Assembly: GCA_002376005.1 (NCBI GenBank)
Contig: DFNJ01000013.1
Coordinates: 16,055-80,054 of the forward strand
Length of the DNA: 64,000 nucleotides
Direction: 5' to 3'
Origin: Firmicutes bacterium UBA3570
Lineage (GTDB): Bacteria > Bacillota > Sulfobacillia > UBA3561
The position numbers and the translations under genes were made by a program. Each line of letters begins with the position of its first letter. The stretch's first letter is position 1. The notes under the pieces were generated by a model, which saw only the letters and a list, made by a program, of their open reading frames with translations, was not told the DNA's origin and did not search any database. Positions 19,807-29,336 of this stretch are shown piece after piece.

Positions 19807-20423
19807 GGACGGCGGCGCACTGGAAATCTGGGAGGGGCGGCACTGGGTTGGGGTGATGGCGCCCGCCGGACGGGGGGCTGGGGGTGGGGGAATCCCACCT
19901 CCAGCGGGCCCGGTATCGCGTATGGGCGGGGCGGTCACTCCTTTCCTTGGTGCCGCTCGCGACTACGACCAATGAGAAACCCGCCATGGGGAAGAGTCCG
20001 TGCGGATCCAGGGAGTGAGCTGACCTGAGCCTGCGGAGTCTTTCTTCGGGGTCGTCGGGGGCTGTATGGCGGTATTCGTCGTGGTGGTGGCGGAGCGCGG
20101 CGACCGGGCTGCGGCGCCGGTGCCGGGTTGCCCGCTGAGGCAGGCCATCCTTGTGTGCGGATGGTGTGGTGTAGAGGAGCCGGTCAGCGGTCTGATGGCT
20201 CAAGGCGCGCTGTCACCGCCCGCAGGGGAGCTGCCGCCTGGACGGCGGGAGCCGTGCTCAAACCGAGGAGCCCCTGCCGACATAGATCCTGGCACGGGAA
20301 TACAACATGGCCGGGATGCGGCCTGGAGAGCCATCGGGCAGCTGGAGTTCGCGCTATGCTTGAGAGCTGCCTGAGGATGGCCTCGGGCTTCGTGCCCGGG
20401 CCTCACATCATGCCCCACGTTCC

Positions 20424-20478
20424 TTGACGTGAAGCGGCCGCTGGTGTATGTTGTACCCGGAGATGATAATGAGTTTCA
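20424..20478 (+). promoter_or_regulatory. Sigma-A promoter and Fur box of feoAB
   Basis: TTGACG-17-TATGTT (20424-20452); TGATAAT-G-AGTTTCA (20464-20478) resembles the 7-1-7 Fur box. Confidence 0.7.
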
Positions 20479-20494
20479 TCTGGGATGTGAGATA

Positions 20495-20722
20495 ATGGTG
20501 ACCCTAACCACTATGAAGTCCGGACAGCGCGGGACGGTGGTAGCTATCCAGGCAGGCTGGGGTGCCCGGCGCCGACTCGAAGTGCTGGGGATCCGGCCGG
20601 GGGCGAAGCTGCAGAAGGTTAGCTCCCTGTTCGCCCGCGGACCGGTGGTGGTGAGAGTGGGCACAGCGGAGATAGCTCTAGGATATGGGTTGGCCGAAAA
20701 GGTGCTGGTGAGGGTAGAATGA
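20495..20722 (+). CDS. feoA: Ferrous iron transport protein A
   Basis: RRRLEVLGIRPG...GPVVV...IALGYGLAEKV; overlaps the feoB start. Confidence 0.92.
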   Translation: MVTLTTMKSGQRGTVVAIQAGWGARRRLEVLGIRPGAKLQKVSSLFARGPVVVRVGTAEIALGYGLAEKVLVRVE

Positions 20723-22536
20723 GGCGACCAGTGGTCGTGCTAATGGGGTTGCCCAACGTGGGAAAGAGCGCCATCTTTGGCGGCCTCACTGGGACTTGGG
20801 TGACCGCTTCGAATTACCCGGGCACTACGGTGGAGTATTACCGAGGCTACCTGCGCCTTCCGGACGGGGAAACCGTGGAGATCCACGACGCGCCCGGAAT
20901 ATACGATCTGGAGCCCGCGAGCCCTGCGGAGGAAGTGGCGCTGCGGCTGCTCGAGGAGGCGGACGTGATCGTCAACGTGGTGGACGCCACCCAGCTCGAG
21001 CGCAACCTCCCGTTGACCCTGCAGCTGCTGGCCACTGGCAAACCCATGGTGCTAGTACTCAACTTCTGGGACGAAGCCAAACACAAGGGGATCCACGTGG
21101 ACGTGTGGTCTCTGGAACGGGAACTCGGCGTACCCGTGGTACCAACCGTCGCTGTGAGCGGCTGGGGCATCAAGTCCCTGGCCTCCGCCCTGCACCGGGC
21201 CCGCAGGGGGGAGAGAGGGTGGCTGGAGCGGCAGGAGCGGTGGGTTCGGGTGGGAGAGATCGTCGGTCGCGTCCAGAGGGTTGTTCACCGCCATCACACG
21301 CTGCTGGAGCGGCTCCAGGACGCCAGCCTGCGACCGATCACGGCAGTGCCCATGGCGGCGCTGATGCTTTATTTGGCCTACCGGGTGGTGACGGGGGTAG
21401 GCGAGGGGCTGAGTGAGGCGGTGATCACTCCGGCGCTTGAGGGCCCGTACACATCGTTTCTGCTGCACCTGCACCGGTTGCTGGCGCACCATCCGATACT
21501 GGCTCAGGTTCTCATCGGCGAGCTGCAGGGCGGACGCATCGCGCTGGAGGAGTCGCTGGGCCTGTTGTCCACCGGGGTATACGTGGCCATAGGAGTGGTG
21601 CTCCCCTACCTGGTGGCGTTTTACGCGGTGCTCGGATTCCTGGAGGATTTTGGTTACCTGCCTCGGGTAGCCGTGCTGGTGGATAGATTTCTTCACCGCC
21701 TTGGCCTGCATGGCTACGCCATCATACCGCTGATTTTGGCGTCCGGTTGCAATGTTGCGGGAGTCCTCGCTGCCAGGACGCTGGAGAGTCGGCGTCAGCG
21801 GTTCATCGCGTGTACCCTGATGGCGGTGGCGATACCATGTGCCTCGCAGCTGGCGATGATCACCGGGCTGGTGGGTCGGTACGGTGGGGCCTACCTGGGG
21901 TTGGTATTAGCATCCCTGGCGTCAGTAGCACTGGTGGTAGGAACAGTGCTGGACAGGCTCGTCCCCGGGCACACTCCTTCGATGCTGGTTGAGATACCGC
22001 CGTACAGGTGGCCGCACTGGAAGGGCCAGCTGAAGAAGCTCAGGATGCGCGTCTCCTATTTTCTAAGGGACGCGTTGCCGTACATTTTCCTGGGCATCCT
22101 TCTGGTGAACGTGATGTACGCCTTGGGGTTCATCCACTGGGTGGCGGATGTTTGCGGACCGGTGCTCGAGCGGTTACTGGGACTGCCGCCTGGCGCGGTG
22201 ATCGCCATGCTGGTGGGATTCGTCCGCAAGGACGTGGCGGTGGCCATGTTGGAGCCACTGCGGCTGTCCGCCGAGCAGTACGTGGTGGGTGCCACCGTGC
22301 TGGCAGTGTATTTCCCTTGTGCCGCCACGGTAGCCATGCTGTTGAGGGAGCTGGGCTTTCTAGCCACCCTGGCGGCAGCAGTGGTGATGTTCGTGGCTGC
22401 GTCAGCCAGCGGGAGCCTGCTGAACTTGCTTCTCAGAATCCTGCCCCATCCGTGGTTGGCGGCAGTGGCGATGCTGGCAGTGGCGACGTTCATTTCGTCG
22501 TCTTTGAAGAGGGGCGGCCGGAATGAAGGGGCATGA
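20719..22536 (+). CDS. feoB: Ferrous iron transporter B
   Basis: GLPNVGKS, SNYPGTTVE, DAPGIY, LEDFGYLPR, PCASQ, YFPC; TM domain. Confidence 0.95.
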   Translation: MRRPVVVLMGLPNVGKSAIFGGLTGTWVTASNYPGTTVEYYRGYLRLPDGETVEIHDAPGIYDLEPASPAEEVALRLLEEADVIVNVVDATQLERNLPLTLQLLATGKPMVLVLNFWDEAKHKGIHVDVWSLERELGVPVVPTVAVSGWGIKSLASALHRARRGERGWLERQERWVRVGEIVGRVQRVVHRHHTLLERLQDASLRPITAVPMAALMLYLAYRVVTGVGEGLSEAVITPALEGPYTSFLLHLHRLLAHHPILAQVLIGELQGGRIALEESLGLLSTGVYVAIGVVLPYLVAFYAVLGFLEDFGYLPRVAVLVDRFLHRLGLHGYAIIPLILASGCNVAGVLAARTLESRRQRFIACTLMAVAIPCASQLAMITGLVGRYGGAYLGLVLASLASVALVVGTVLDRLVPGHTPSMLVEIPPYRWPHWKGQLKKLRMRVSYFLRDALPYIFLGILLVNVMYALGFIHWVADVCGPVLERLLGLPPGAVIAMLVGFVRKDVAVAMLEPLRLSAEQYVVGATVLAVYFPCAATVAMLLRELGFLATLAAAVVMFVAASASGSLLNLLLRILPHPWLAAVAMLAVATFISSSLKRGGRNEGA

Positions 22537-22551
22537 GGCGATCCGCGCAGG

Positions 22552-25281
22552 ATGATGTGGCCCCGGTGTCGAAGAGCGGACCACCGTGGGGGTGGGACTG
22601 TGCAACAGACGGACCAAATTGCTGATCTGCAGCGGGAGGCCCGCAGAGCCTGGCAGTTGCTATCGAGGAGCGCTCTGCTGGAACGCGTCGACGACCCGGA
22701 GGCGCTTCGGCGAGGGCTGGACAAGTTCTGGGAGCGATATGGTGATGAACTGTGGCGGGCGGTACTGCTGGAGCTGGATGATCCCGACCCACGGAATTGG
22801 TTGTCGAGCCGCATGTGTCTCAGCCGGTGCGTAGCGGTGGACCATCGGTTTCGTGTTCATGCCCGCCGCGCGGTGGAGAACAGATCCTTCACCCCACGGC
22901 AGCGCTGGGCTGCCCTGGAGGTACTTCTGCGCGCCCGCGACCCGTGGCTGGCGGAGAAGGGAGAGTTGGCCCATTCCTGGGTGCGTGAGCTGGAAGCACA
23001 ACGGGTCAAGGAACTGGTCGAGCTGTGTCTGGACGAAGCACTGGGAGGGCCGGAGAGGTGGGAGTTTTTGCTGTCGGATCCGGAGGACGCCCTCCTGGTG
23101 GTGAAGTACTTCCGCCAGGTCGCCAATCCCGCGGGGGTCCGTCTGTTGCAGTGGTTGCGCCAGCGATCTCCCTCGGCAATAGTAAGGCGACAAGCTGGTC
23201 GGGTCCTGCGCGAGGTGACGCGACGTACTCACCCCCGCGGGCCGGTACCCGGTTCACTGGTGCTGGGGGCGGCCAGTGCCAGCCGAAGCCGGGGCTGGAC
23301 GGAAGTGATGGTGGGATGGGAAAGACCCTCGGGAAACCTGGCGCTGATGCGAGGGCTGGTGGTCTACGGGCGTGGCGGGCCTGAACTCGTGGATCTGGAT
23401 TTTGTACCTTACGTCTCCCCGGTAGAGAGCACCGAGATGGTAAAGTCCGAACGGGCATCCCTGGGACGGGGACGTCCGCAGTTCCCATATCGGGAGGTGG
23501 AGGCCAATCTGGCATTGGGGCTGATCCAGGGGGCCTGGAAAAACGCGGATCAGAGATTGCGAGAGGAAGTGGCTTCCACCCCCTGGGGGGAACTGTACGG
23601 GTGGCTGCTCGAGGCGGATGGACTACCGGAGATGCCGGAGGGACTGTTGCGCCAGCTGTGCGAGCTCGACGGGGATCCAGTCACCGCGGCCAGCGCCCAC
23701 GCAGAAGCAGTGCTCCGCGGGGACGTACAGATGGCTCGGCTGCTCGGGCTGCCCCCGGCTGGTGTAGAGGGCCTCCCGGTCATGGATGTTAGTACCCAGG
23801 AGCCCCTCAAGTCGATTGTCCCGCGGCCCCATTTGGTGGGTGCTGCCGACGCCTGGATCACCCAGGTAACCCCGGAAGCAGCGGTGGTCACGGTGGTGGT
23901 GGCGGTTGCTGACTCGCGGGATGCCGGGGGAGTCAGCATGCTGATCTGTCGCCTCGGGCAGCGAGAAGATGGGTGGAAGGTGATTGACTGCCAATGGGCC
24001 AGCGGAGACTGGCGCCAGGAGTGGCTGAACCGGGTTCGGCAACGGCTAGGCGCGGTGGAGGTGGTGGTCAATCCGCGGCGCCTGGTCCAGCAGGCATACA
24101 CGGCGCGATTGCAAGGACGCGCCCAAGAGGCGTTGGATTGCTCCCTCCTGGCCTGGCTGAGCTGCGATCGCGATGATGCCGCCCGACCGCTCGCCGCCTG
24201 GGCTTTGGCGCGGTCCGCGGTGTCCGATCACAGGCCCGGTCTGGCTATATTGGCGTGGCTATCGCTGAGGCACCAACAAGGCGATCAGCTGCCCGCGGCG
24301 CGGCCCTATGTCGCGGCGATGGAGACTGTACGCAGTTGGTGGGATCCGGAATGGAGCGGCAAGGTGCCGGATCCGGAGACCGTACAAGGCGTGATCAGCA
24401 GATTCCCCAAGGCCTTCGGTATCCGCGACTACCTGGAGGTGGAACTGCTGAGCCTGCTTTGGGGCGATCTACTGAGCACCGGTGCCCTTCCTCACCCGGA
24501 GGAGGCTTGGAGCTGGGCCGCAGTGCTGTTGACCGTCTGGCACGCCATTCGGGGTGTCCTGGCCGAGGATGTCATTCCCGGACAGCTGGCCGAGGCTGTG
24601 GCGTCGGTGCGCCAGCACCTGGCGCGTGCCCTCGATATGTGGGATCGACGCTTGGGGCTACGGCTCGAATTCAGCCCGTTGGAGAAGGAATGCGTCCGAT
24701 TGATGGTCACCGAGGCGTGGCGGTGGCCGGAAGAGGACCGACCGGTCCGGGCTGCGGCGGTGGACACCCTGATGGAGGTGGTGTCGCAGTATCCGGATTG
24801 GTCGGGCAAGGTCACCGATGGGCGTCCGTTGTTGTTGTGGGCGGCAGCGGTAGTCACCGATCCCGAGCTGGATACGGACAAGGCATGGGAGGCGCTAAGA
24901 TACATCATCGGCCGGCTGCAACTGGGTGAGGGAGAAGGATCTCAGGTGCTCACGCAGGTGCGCCAGAGCTGGGAAGGAGAATTCGAACGCTGTCGTCTCG
25001 CTGCCCGGCGGCTGCGGACTGAGATCGCGGATACCCGGGCAGTGGACGTTATCCCCACTCTTCGTGTGCGCGCCCTCGGTGAGGAAGGACGTCTGGAGGC
25101 GGAAGAGGTGGACGGGAGCCGGCTGTCGCTGCGACTGGCCGAGGACGTACCCCTGCAGCCGGGCGACGTTTTGTTGGACGCCGCGGTACACCTGCCCAGC
25201 GGCCGGCTGCTGGGGGCCAGGCGCGTGTATCCTGGCCCCGTGGTCGATGATGAGCGTGGTGAATCACCGGAGGGGGCATAA
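22552..25281 (+). CDS. Large hypothetical protein (~900 aa)
   Basis: Long ORF with genome-typical codon usage; no family recognised; start uncertain. Confidence 0.7.
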   Translation: MMWPRCRRADHRGGGTVQQTDQIADLQREARRAWQLLSRSALLERVDDPEALRRGLDKFWERYGDELWRAVLLELDDPDPRNWLSSRMCLSRCVAVDHRFRVHARRAVENRSFTPRQRWAALEVLLRARDPWLAEKGELAHSWVRELEAQRVKELVELCLDEALGGPERWEFLLSDPEDALLVVKYFRQVANPAGVRLLQWLRQRSPSAIVRRQAGRVLREVTRRTHPRGPVPGSLVLGAASASRSRGWTEVMVGWERPSGNLALMRGLVVYGRGGPELVDLDFVPYVSPVESTEMVKSERASLGRGRPQFPYREVEANLALGLIQGAWKNADQRLREEVASTPWGELYGWLLEADGLPEMPEGLLRQLCELDGDPVTAASAHAEAVLRGDVQMARLLGLPPAGVEGLPVMDVSTQEPLKSIVPRPHLVGAADAWITQVTPEAAVVTVVVAVADSRDAGGVSMLICRLGQREDGWKVIDCQWASGDWRQEWLNRVRQRLGAVEVVVNPRRLVQQAYTARLQGRAQEALDCSLLAWLSCDRDDAARPLAAWALARSAVSDHRPGLAILAWLSLRHQQGDQLPAARPYVAAMETVRSWWDPEWSGKVPDPETVQGVISRFPKAFGIRDYLEVELLSLLWGDLLSTGALPHPEEAWSWAAVLLTVWHAIRGVLAEDVIPGQLAEAVASVRQHLARALDMWDRRLGLRLEFSPLEKECVRLMVTEAWRWPEEDRPVRAAAVDTLMEVVSQYPDWSGKVTDGRPLLLWAAAVVTDPELDTDKAWEALRYIIGRLQLGEGEGSQVLTQVRQSWEGEFERCRLAARRLRTEIADTRAVDVIPTLRVRALGEEGRLEAEEVDGSRLSLRLAEDVPLQPGDVLLDAAVHLPSGRLLGARRVYPGPVVDDERGESPEGA

Positions 25282-25301
25282 CTGCGCTGGCCCGCCGGGT
25301 G

Positions 25302-25505
25302 TCATCTGAGGTTCCATGCTCGCGCAAAGGCGGACAGCGATCGGTCGTATTTCTTTTCCCACTCCGGCGGGAACATGCAGCCGGGTACCTCTCGCCGGTC
25401 CCGATGATATGCGAGACACAGACAACAGTGCCCGTGTCGGGGACAACCAGGGTAAGTGCAAGTGCAGACTTCCGCTAAGTCCAGCTCCGAATGGACACAA
25501 GGCAC
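25302..25505 (-). CDS. Small Cys-rich protein (DUF6485-like)
   Basis: CTCTYPGCPRHGHCCLCLAYH...PGCMFP...YDRS; strong RBS GGAGGAGGTG. Confidence 0.75.
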   Translation of the reverse strand: MPCVHSELDLAEVCTCTYPGCPRHGHCCLCLAYHRDRREVPGCMFPPEWEKKYDRSLSAFARAWNLR

Positions 25506-25683
25506 TGGTGTTCACCTCCTCCCCCAGGAGCTTGCGGTCCAGGAATTACGACGTGACCCCTTCTTAACTTCGTCCCCCTTGCATTGGCATTCCTGCAGGG
25601 TGGGGGTCGAAGTGAAACGTGCAGGCACCGGGGGATCTTGAATCAACAAAGCTTGCTTGTGAGCCAGAAGGAGGCGTGAGCCA

Positions 25684-26193
25684 ATGGAGGGCAAGATGCA
25701 GTGGTCGGGTCCTGACCCCGAAGACGGTTGGGAACAGGACGTGTGGTTGATGGCGCGCAGATTGGCCCTGATGTACTATCATTTTGCCCAAGTGATCATG
25801 GAGCGGTTGGGCGAGGAAGAGGGCCGACGCCTCATCAAGGAGGCGGTGTGGCGGTATGGTAACGCATGCGGCAAAGCGGTTCGTGAGGGCGTAGAACGGA
25901 TGGGCCTGGAGCCCACTGCCGAGAACTTCCGCCTGATACCCGATCTGCCTTCCCGGGGCTGGCGGCGCCAGACGGTCAAGCTGCCCGATGGCCGCCGACA
26001 GGTGCAGACGATTCTCTGTCCCTTTGCCGTGGTGTGGAAGGAGCTGGGTGCTGAAGACCTCGGTCGCATCTACTGTTTTGTCGACCAGGCCAAGGTGGAA
26101 GGTTACAACCCAGAGCTGGAGTGTATACATGCCCATAACGTTCTGGATGGCGACCCTTTCTGCGAGATCGTTATACGTCCTAAGGAAGGCTGA
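25684..26193 (+). CDS. L-2-amino-thiazoline-4-carboxylic acid hydrolase (ATC hydrolase)-like protein
   Basis: EAVWRYG, CPFAVVWKELG...YCFVDQAKVEGYNP...GDPFCE. Confidence 0.8.
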   Translation: MEGKMQWSGPDPEDGWEQDVWLMARRLALMYYHFAQVIMERLGEEEGRRLIKEAVWRYGNACGKAVREGVERMGLEPTAENFRLIPDLPSRGWRRQTVKLPDGRRQVQTILCPFAVVWKELGAEDLGRIYCFVDQAKVEGYNPELECIHAHNVLDGDPFCEIVIRPKEG

Positions 26194-26917
26194 CATCCAA
26201 CAACGGTTGCCATGGAGCTCTGCCAGCCCGTTCTGGTCCCGTCGACGAGTTCATGCGGGCGGCCGCGCGGGGTAGCTCCTTGTTTGCCGGTTGGCCAGCG
26301 GTGGTAACTTAGCTCTAGCCAGGCAGCAAACGGCAGCGAGAAGTGGTGAATAGTGAGCTGGACAGAGATCCAGTGAAGCTCCGAGCTCTGGCCGATCACC
26401 CCCTCGCGACACACCCGGCTAGTGCCGCGTGCTTCGCCGTCGCCTCCTGGAAGCCGACCAAAAGGCTGGGGGAGTTCGGCTGGGGTGCCCCTGGCGCAGG
26501 GGCAGGGGCGGGCATGTCCGGCCCAGGGCATTTACACAGGACAGAGAGATTAGCCAGCAAGGATTCTCTAAGAGAGGCGTCAGTACCCCTGGCGGATGCG
26601 GTGGCGGGTTCCGGACCAGGCAGAGGATTTGTTTGGTTCCCCCAGGCCGCCTTCCGGATACCCCGTGTGGTGGGATCAGCTTTGGGTACCGCCTGCGTGG
26701 GGTCGCTGCTTCCTCGAGAGGCATGGGAGCATCGCACGAGCAGCGACAGCACCAGATCCGATGGGGCGTTCCTCTGTGGGCAGCTCGACTCAAGCCAGCT
26801 TGCGAGCTCCCCTGACTCTGTCAGTGCTTCTTGGCGTCACCAGGCGCCTGGTGATGCACTTCCACCGATTTGGAGTCCGCTGGCCCGCCTTTCCCCAGCG
26901 TGCGGGGGGCTGCTTTG

Positions 26918-26960
26918 TTGACCGCTCGCTCGCGGTGCGCTAAAATACCCCCAGGGGTAT
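26918..26960 (+). promoter_or_regulatory. Sigma-A promoter overlapped by a CsoR/CstR-type operator
   Basis: TTGACC-17-TAAAAT (26918-26946); palindrome ATACCCC-CA-GGGGTAT (26945-26960). Confidence 0.8.
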
Positions 26961-26980
26961 CGGGGCAAGGGGTGGTGTCC

Positions 26981-27658
26981 TTGTCGTCTTCTCTCTGCCA
27001 AAATGTGCGTGGGGGTACCCAGCTGTTTGCCGCGCTGCTGGCGCTGGTCTTACTCCTGGGCGGCGTGCTGTGGTTCAACCTGGCCTTTGTGGCCGCGTCG
27101 CTACTTGCGGCCCCTTACGCCGGCCGGGTGTTCTGTGGGTGGCTCTGCCCGCTAGGCGCTTTCCTGGAGCGGTTGCTGCCACCGGTCAGCCGCCAGCGGA
27201 GGTTCCAAAGACGGCCCGTGCTTCGCTACAGCCTCCTGGTGGTGTTCTTGGTTGCCTTCGGTTACCTGTTCCTGCGACCAGTTGCCGGTCTGCCGAGCTC
27301 GCTGTTGCTCATGGGCACCATGTTCGTAATGGGAACTCTCACCGCCTGGCTGTGGTCGCCGCGTGCCTGGTGCGGTCACCTTTGCCCCTGGGGGACGCTG
27401 GCCGACGTGCTTTCTTCGCGGGCCCGCTGGCGGCTAGCCATCGCCGGTGACTGCCGGCACTGTGGTGCCTGCGTGCGCGCCTGCCCCGTGGGCAGCCTTC
27501 TGGCGGCGGCGGTGAAGGACCGACGCCGATCGGCTCTGGGCCTGGTAGGTCCGGGCTGTGTCCGCTGCCTCCGCTGCCAAGCGGTCTGTCCTAGCGGCGC
27601 CATTGACTTCGTCCGGGTGGTGAGGGCAGGAGGTGAAAGGGTTGCTCGTACGGCTTGA
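26981..27658 (+). CDS. Membrane 4Fe-4S binding protein (NapH/MauN-like)
   Basis: GRVFCGWLCPLG, RAWCGHLCPWG, CRHCGACVRACP, CVRCLRCQAVCP; TM segments. Confidence 0.88.
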   Translation: MSSSLCQNVRGGTQLFAALLALVLLLGGVLWFNLAFVAASLLAAPYAGRVFCGWLCPLGAFLERLLPPVSRQRRFQRRPVLRYSLLVVFLVAFGYLFLRPVAGLPSSLLLMGTMFVMGTLTAWLWSPRAWCGHLCPWGTLADVLSSRARWRLAIAGDCRHCGACVRACPVGSLLAAAVKDRRRSALGLVGPGCVRCLRCQAVCPSGAIDFVRVVRAGGERVARTA

Positions 27659-27917
27659 GCCGGAAATGAAGCGGCAGCTACTCAATCGCCTGCGGCGGGT
27701 CGAGGGTCAGTTCCAGGCGTTGCAGCGGCTGATTGACGAGGATGCCGACTGCGAGACGGTAGTCACTCAGCTAGGTGCCGCCTGTGCCGCCGCCCGTGCC
27801 GCTGCTCGTTTCGCGTTGGCTCAGCTGCTGGTGGCGTGCCTGGAGACCGATCTGGCCGCCGGTCGCCAGGCCGAAGCACGGACCCGGGCGGTGGAGCTCA
27901 TAACGCGTCTTCCGTGA
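27633..27917 (+). CDS. CsoR/RcnR/CstR family repressor
   Basis: LLNRLRRVEGQ...DCETVVTQL...ACL. Confidence 0.9.
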   Translation: MKGLLVRLEPEMKRQLLNRLRRVEGQFQALQRLIDEDADCETVVTQLGAACAAARAAARFALAQLLVACLETDLAAGRQAEARTRAVELITRLP

Positions 27918-28984
27918 TCAGGAAGATGATGCCTACTGCAGCCTTGGGCGGGCGTGTACTGACCACCGAACACCCGGCGGGGACATGCTTGCGGGGGGCC
28001 GTGGTTGTACTGTGCCCGCGCCCGGGAGACGGCGCTCTGCCACAACCCGTGATTAAGCGCTCTAGCCCTGAGGGACCCGGCCGGGGCGACCGCAATGCGG
28101 GGACTGAAGGTGCCACCGTACGGCTATGGGTCGGGAGAGCCCTCGCAGTCTCCAGAAGGATGTTGACCGCCGACCCGTGATGGCGCGTTCGGTCGGGCTG
28201 CCACTGCATAATGGTTGAAGCTGTACCTATGGGGAATCGTTGGGGCAGGTGCGCATGCCGCCAGGGCGGTGGGCAGCCGCCCGCTGGCCTCTTGCAAGAC
28301 TGAGCGGCAGCCAGCACCAGTACCCCTCCTGCCACCGGACCCAGCTCCGGGGGAGCACAAAGAGTGGAGCCGCGGGACTGCGGGTCTCAACATCACTCAA
28401 TGACGGCCTTCGGAAACCCGCCGCCGGTGAGGTCGGGGACGAAGGTGCGGCGAGGTCACCGATGGCCAGTGCCTTTTCCGGGCGCGGGTTAACTGACGAG
28501 CCGAATGCGGCGCGGGCTAGCGCATCTTTGCTTCTTGTTCCCGGGTCAGGTCAGGGACGCAGGGGCTGATTGTTCGCCCCTGATGCAGCACACGGTCACG
28601 CCGTGGGTCCAGGTGCGGGAGACCGGTGGTGACCGAGGTTTGAGCTGCGGGTCGGCCTTCGGATTGGATTGCGGTCATCAAGAGGTATCCCCTGGCCTGG
28701 GGACGTTGGCGGGCACTCGCCGAAAAGACTCCCGCTAGGCCAGGCAGGCCACGGGTGCAGTGGTTCCGAGTGAGACGGAGGCACCGGGTTCCGTGGCAAG
28801 TGAGTGGTGCCCAGTTGCTGACCGCGTTCCTGTGACAACGTGGCGATAGGGCAGACGGGTGCCGGCGGGAATCGCTGAAGGCGTGGGTTCTGGACAACTG
28901 CCGACAGGGGTAAACTCACTGACCGCGGATCCTCTGAATGTGGTGCCAGAGCTCCCCGCAGCGTTGCCACGAGGCCAGCTGCGG

Positions 28985-29013
28985 TTGACTGGCCGAGCTC
29001 AGTCCTGTACAAT
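28985..29013 (+). promoter_or_regulatory. Sigma-A promoter of the hydrogenase-MTHFR operon
   Basis: TTGACT-17-TACAAT. Confidence 0.8.
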
Positions 29014-29019
29014 GTTGAT

Positions 29020-29336
29020 GACAAATGGTGAGGAGGTACCCTGGGGCGGCCACCGGGGCCGCGGAGCATCAAAGGTGCCAAGACTGGAGATGGTCCATTC
29101 GGCCCGGTGGTGTACCGCACGGTGGAGGCGTCTAGCCCCAGGTCTGAGGGACTGTAGCCAAATTCCCTCTCGCCATGCAGAACTGTAATGAAGACTGCTG
29201 CAGCTAGCTGACGCCGCTATCCGCGCGCACCTGGTGCAGGTCCTCAAGAGGCCGGGGCGGATGCCCCGGCCTCAGACATTGTGTGTTCGGTAACGAACTA
29301 GACCGGTACCTCCCCACAGTTTAGGAGGTGCCAGCC
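29020..29336 (+). ncRNA. Structured ~300-nt 5' leader, candidate cis-regulatory RNA/riboswitch
   Basis: Closing helix 29028-29040/29305-29317 (12 of 13 bp), nested stems, GNRA-capped hairpin, and an alternative anti-SD hairpin 29305-29313/29324-29332. Confidence 0.6.

Noticed and set aside
19810-20420. 600-nt gap between the S9 peptidase and feoA, possible IS remnant
   Set aside because: No terminal inverted repeats or transposase motif recognised.
26200-26900. Short ORFs on both strands, possibly a decayed HEAT-repeat gene
   Set aside because: No motif strong enough to support a call.
28100-28330. Cobalamin-riboswitch-like words (AGGTGCC, GCCACTG)
   Set aside because: The AGGGAA-GGTG-AATCC core and B12 box are not found.
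28857-28875. tRNA 3'-end-like fragment on the minus strand (CGATTCCCGCCGGCACC)
   Set aside because: No complete T-loop, cloverleaf or integrase nearby.
29070-29200. SAM-I-like words (AAGGTGCCAA, GAGGGACTG, ATGAAG) in the hydrogenase leader
   Set aside because: They are in the wrong order, and the ATC/GAT P1 and GCAACC elements are absent, so it is not called a SAM riboswitch.
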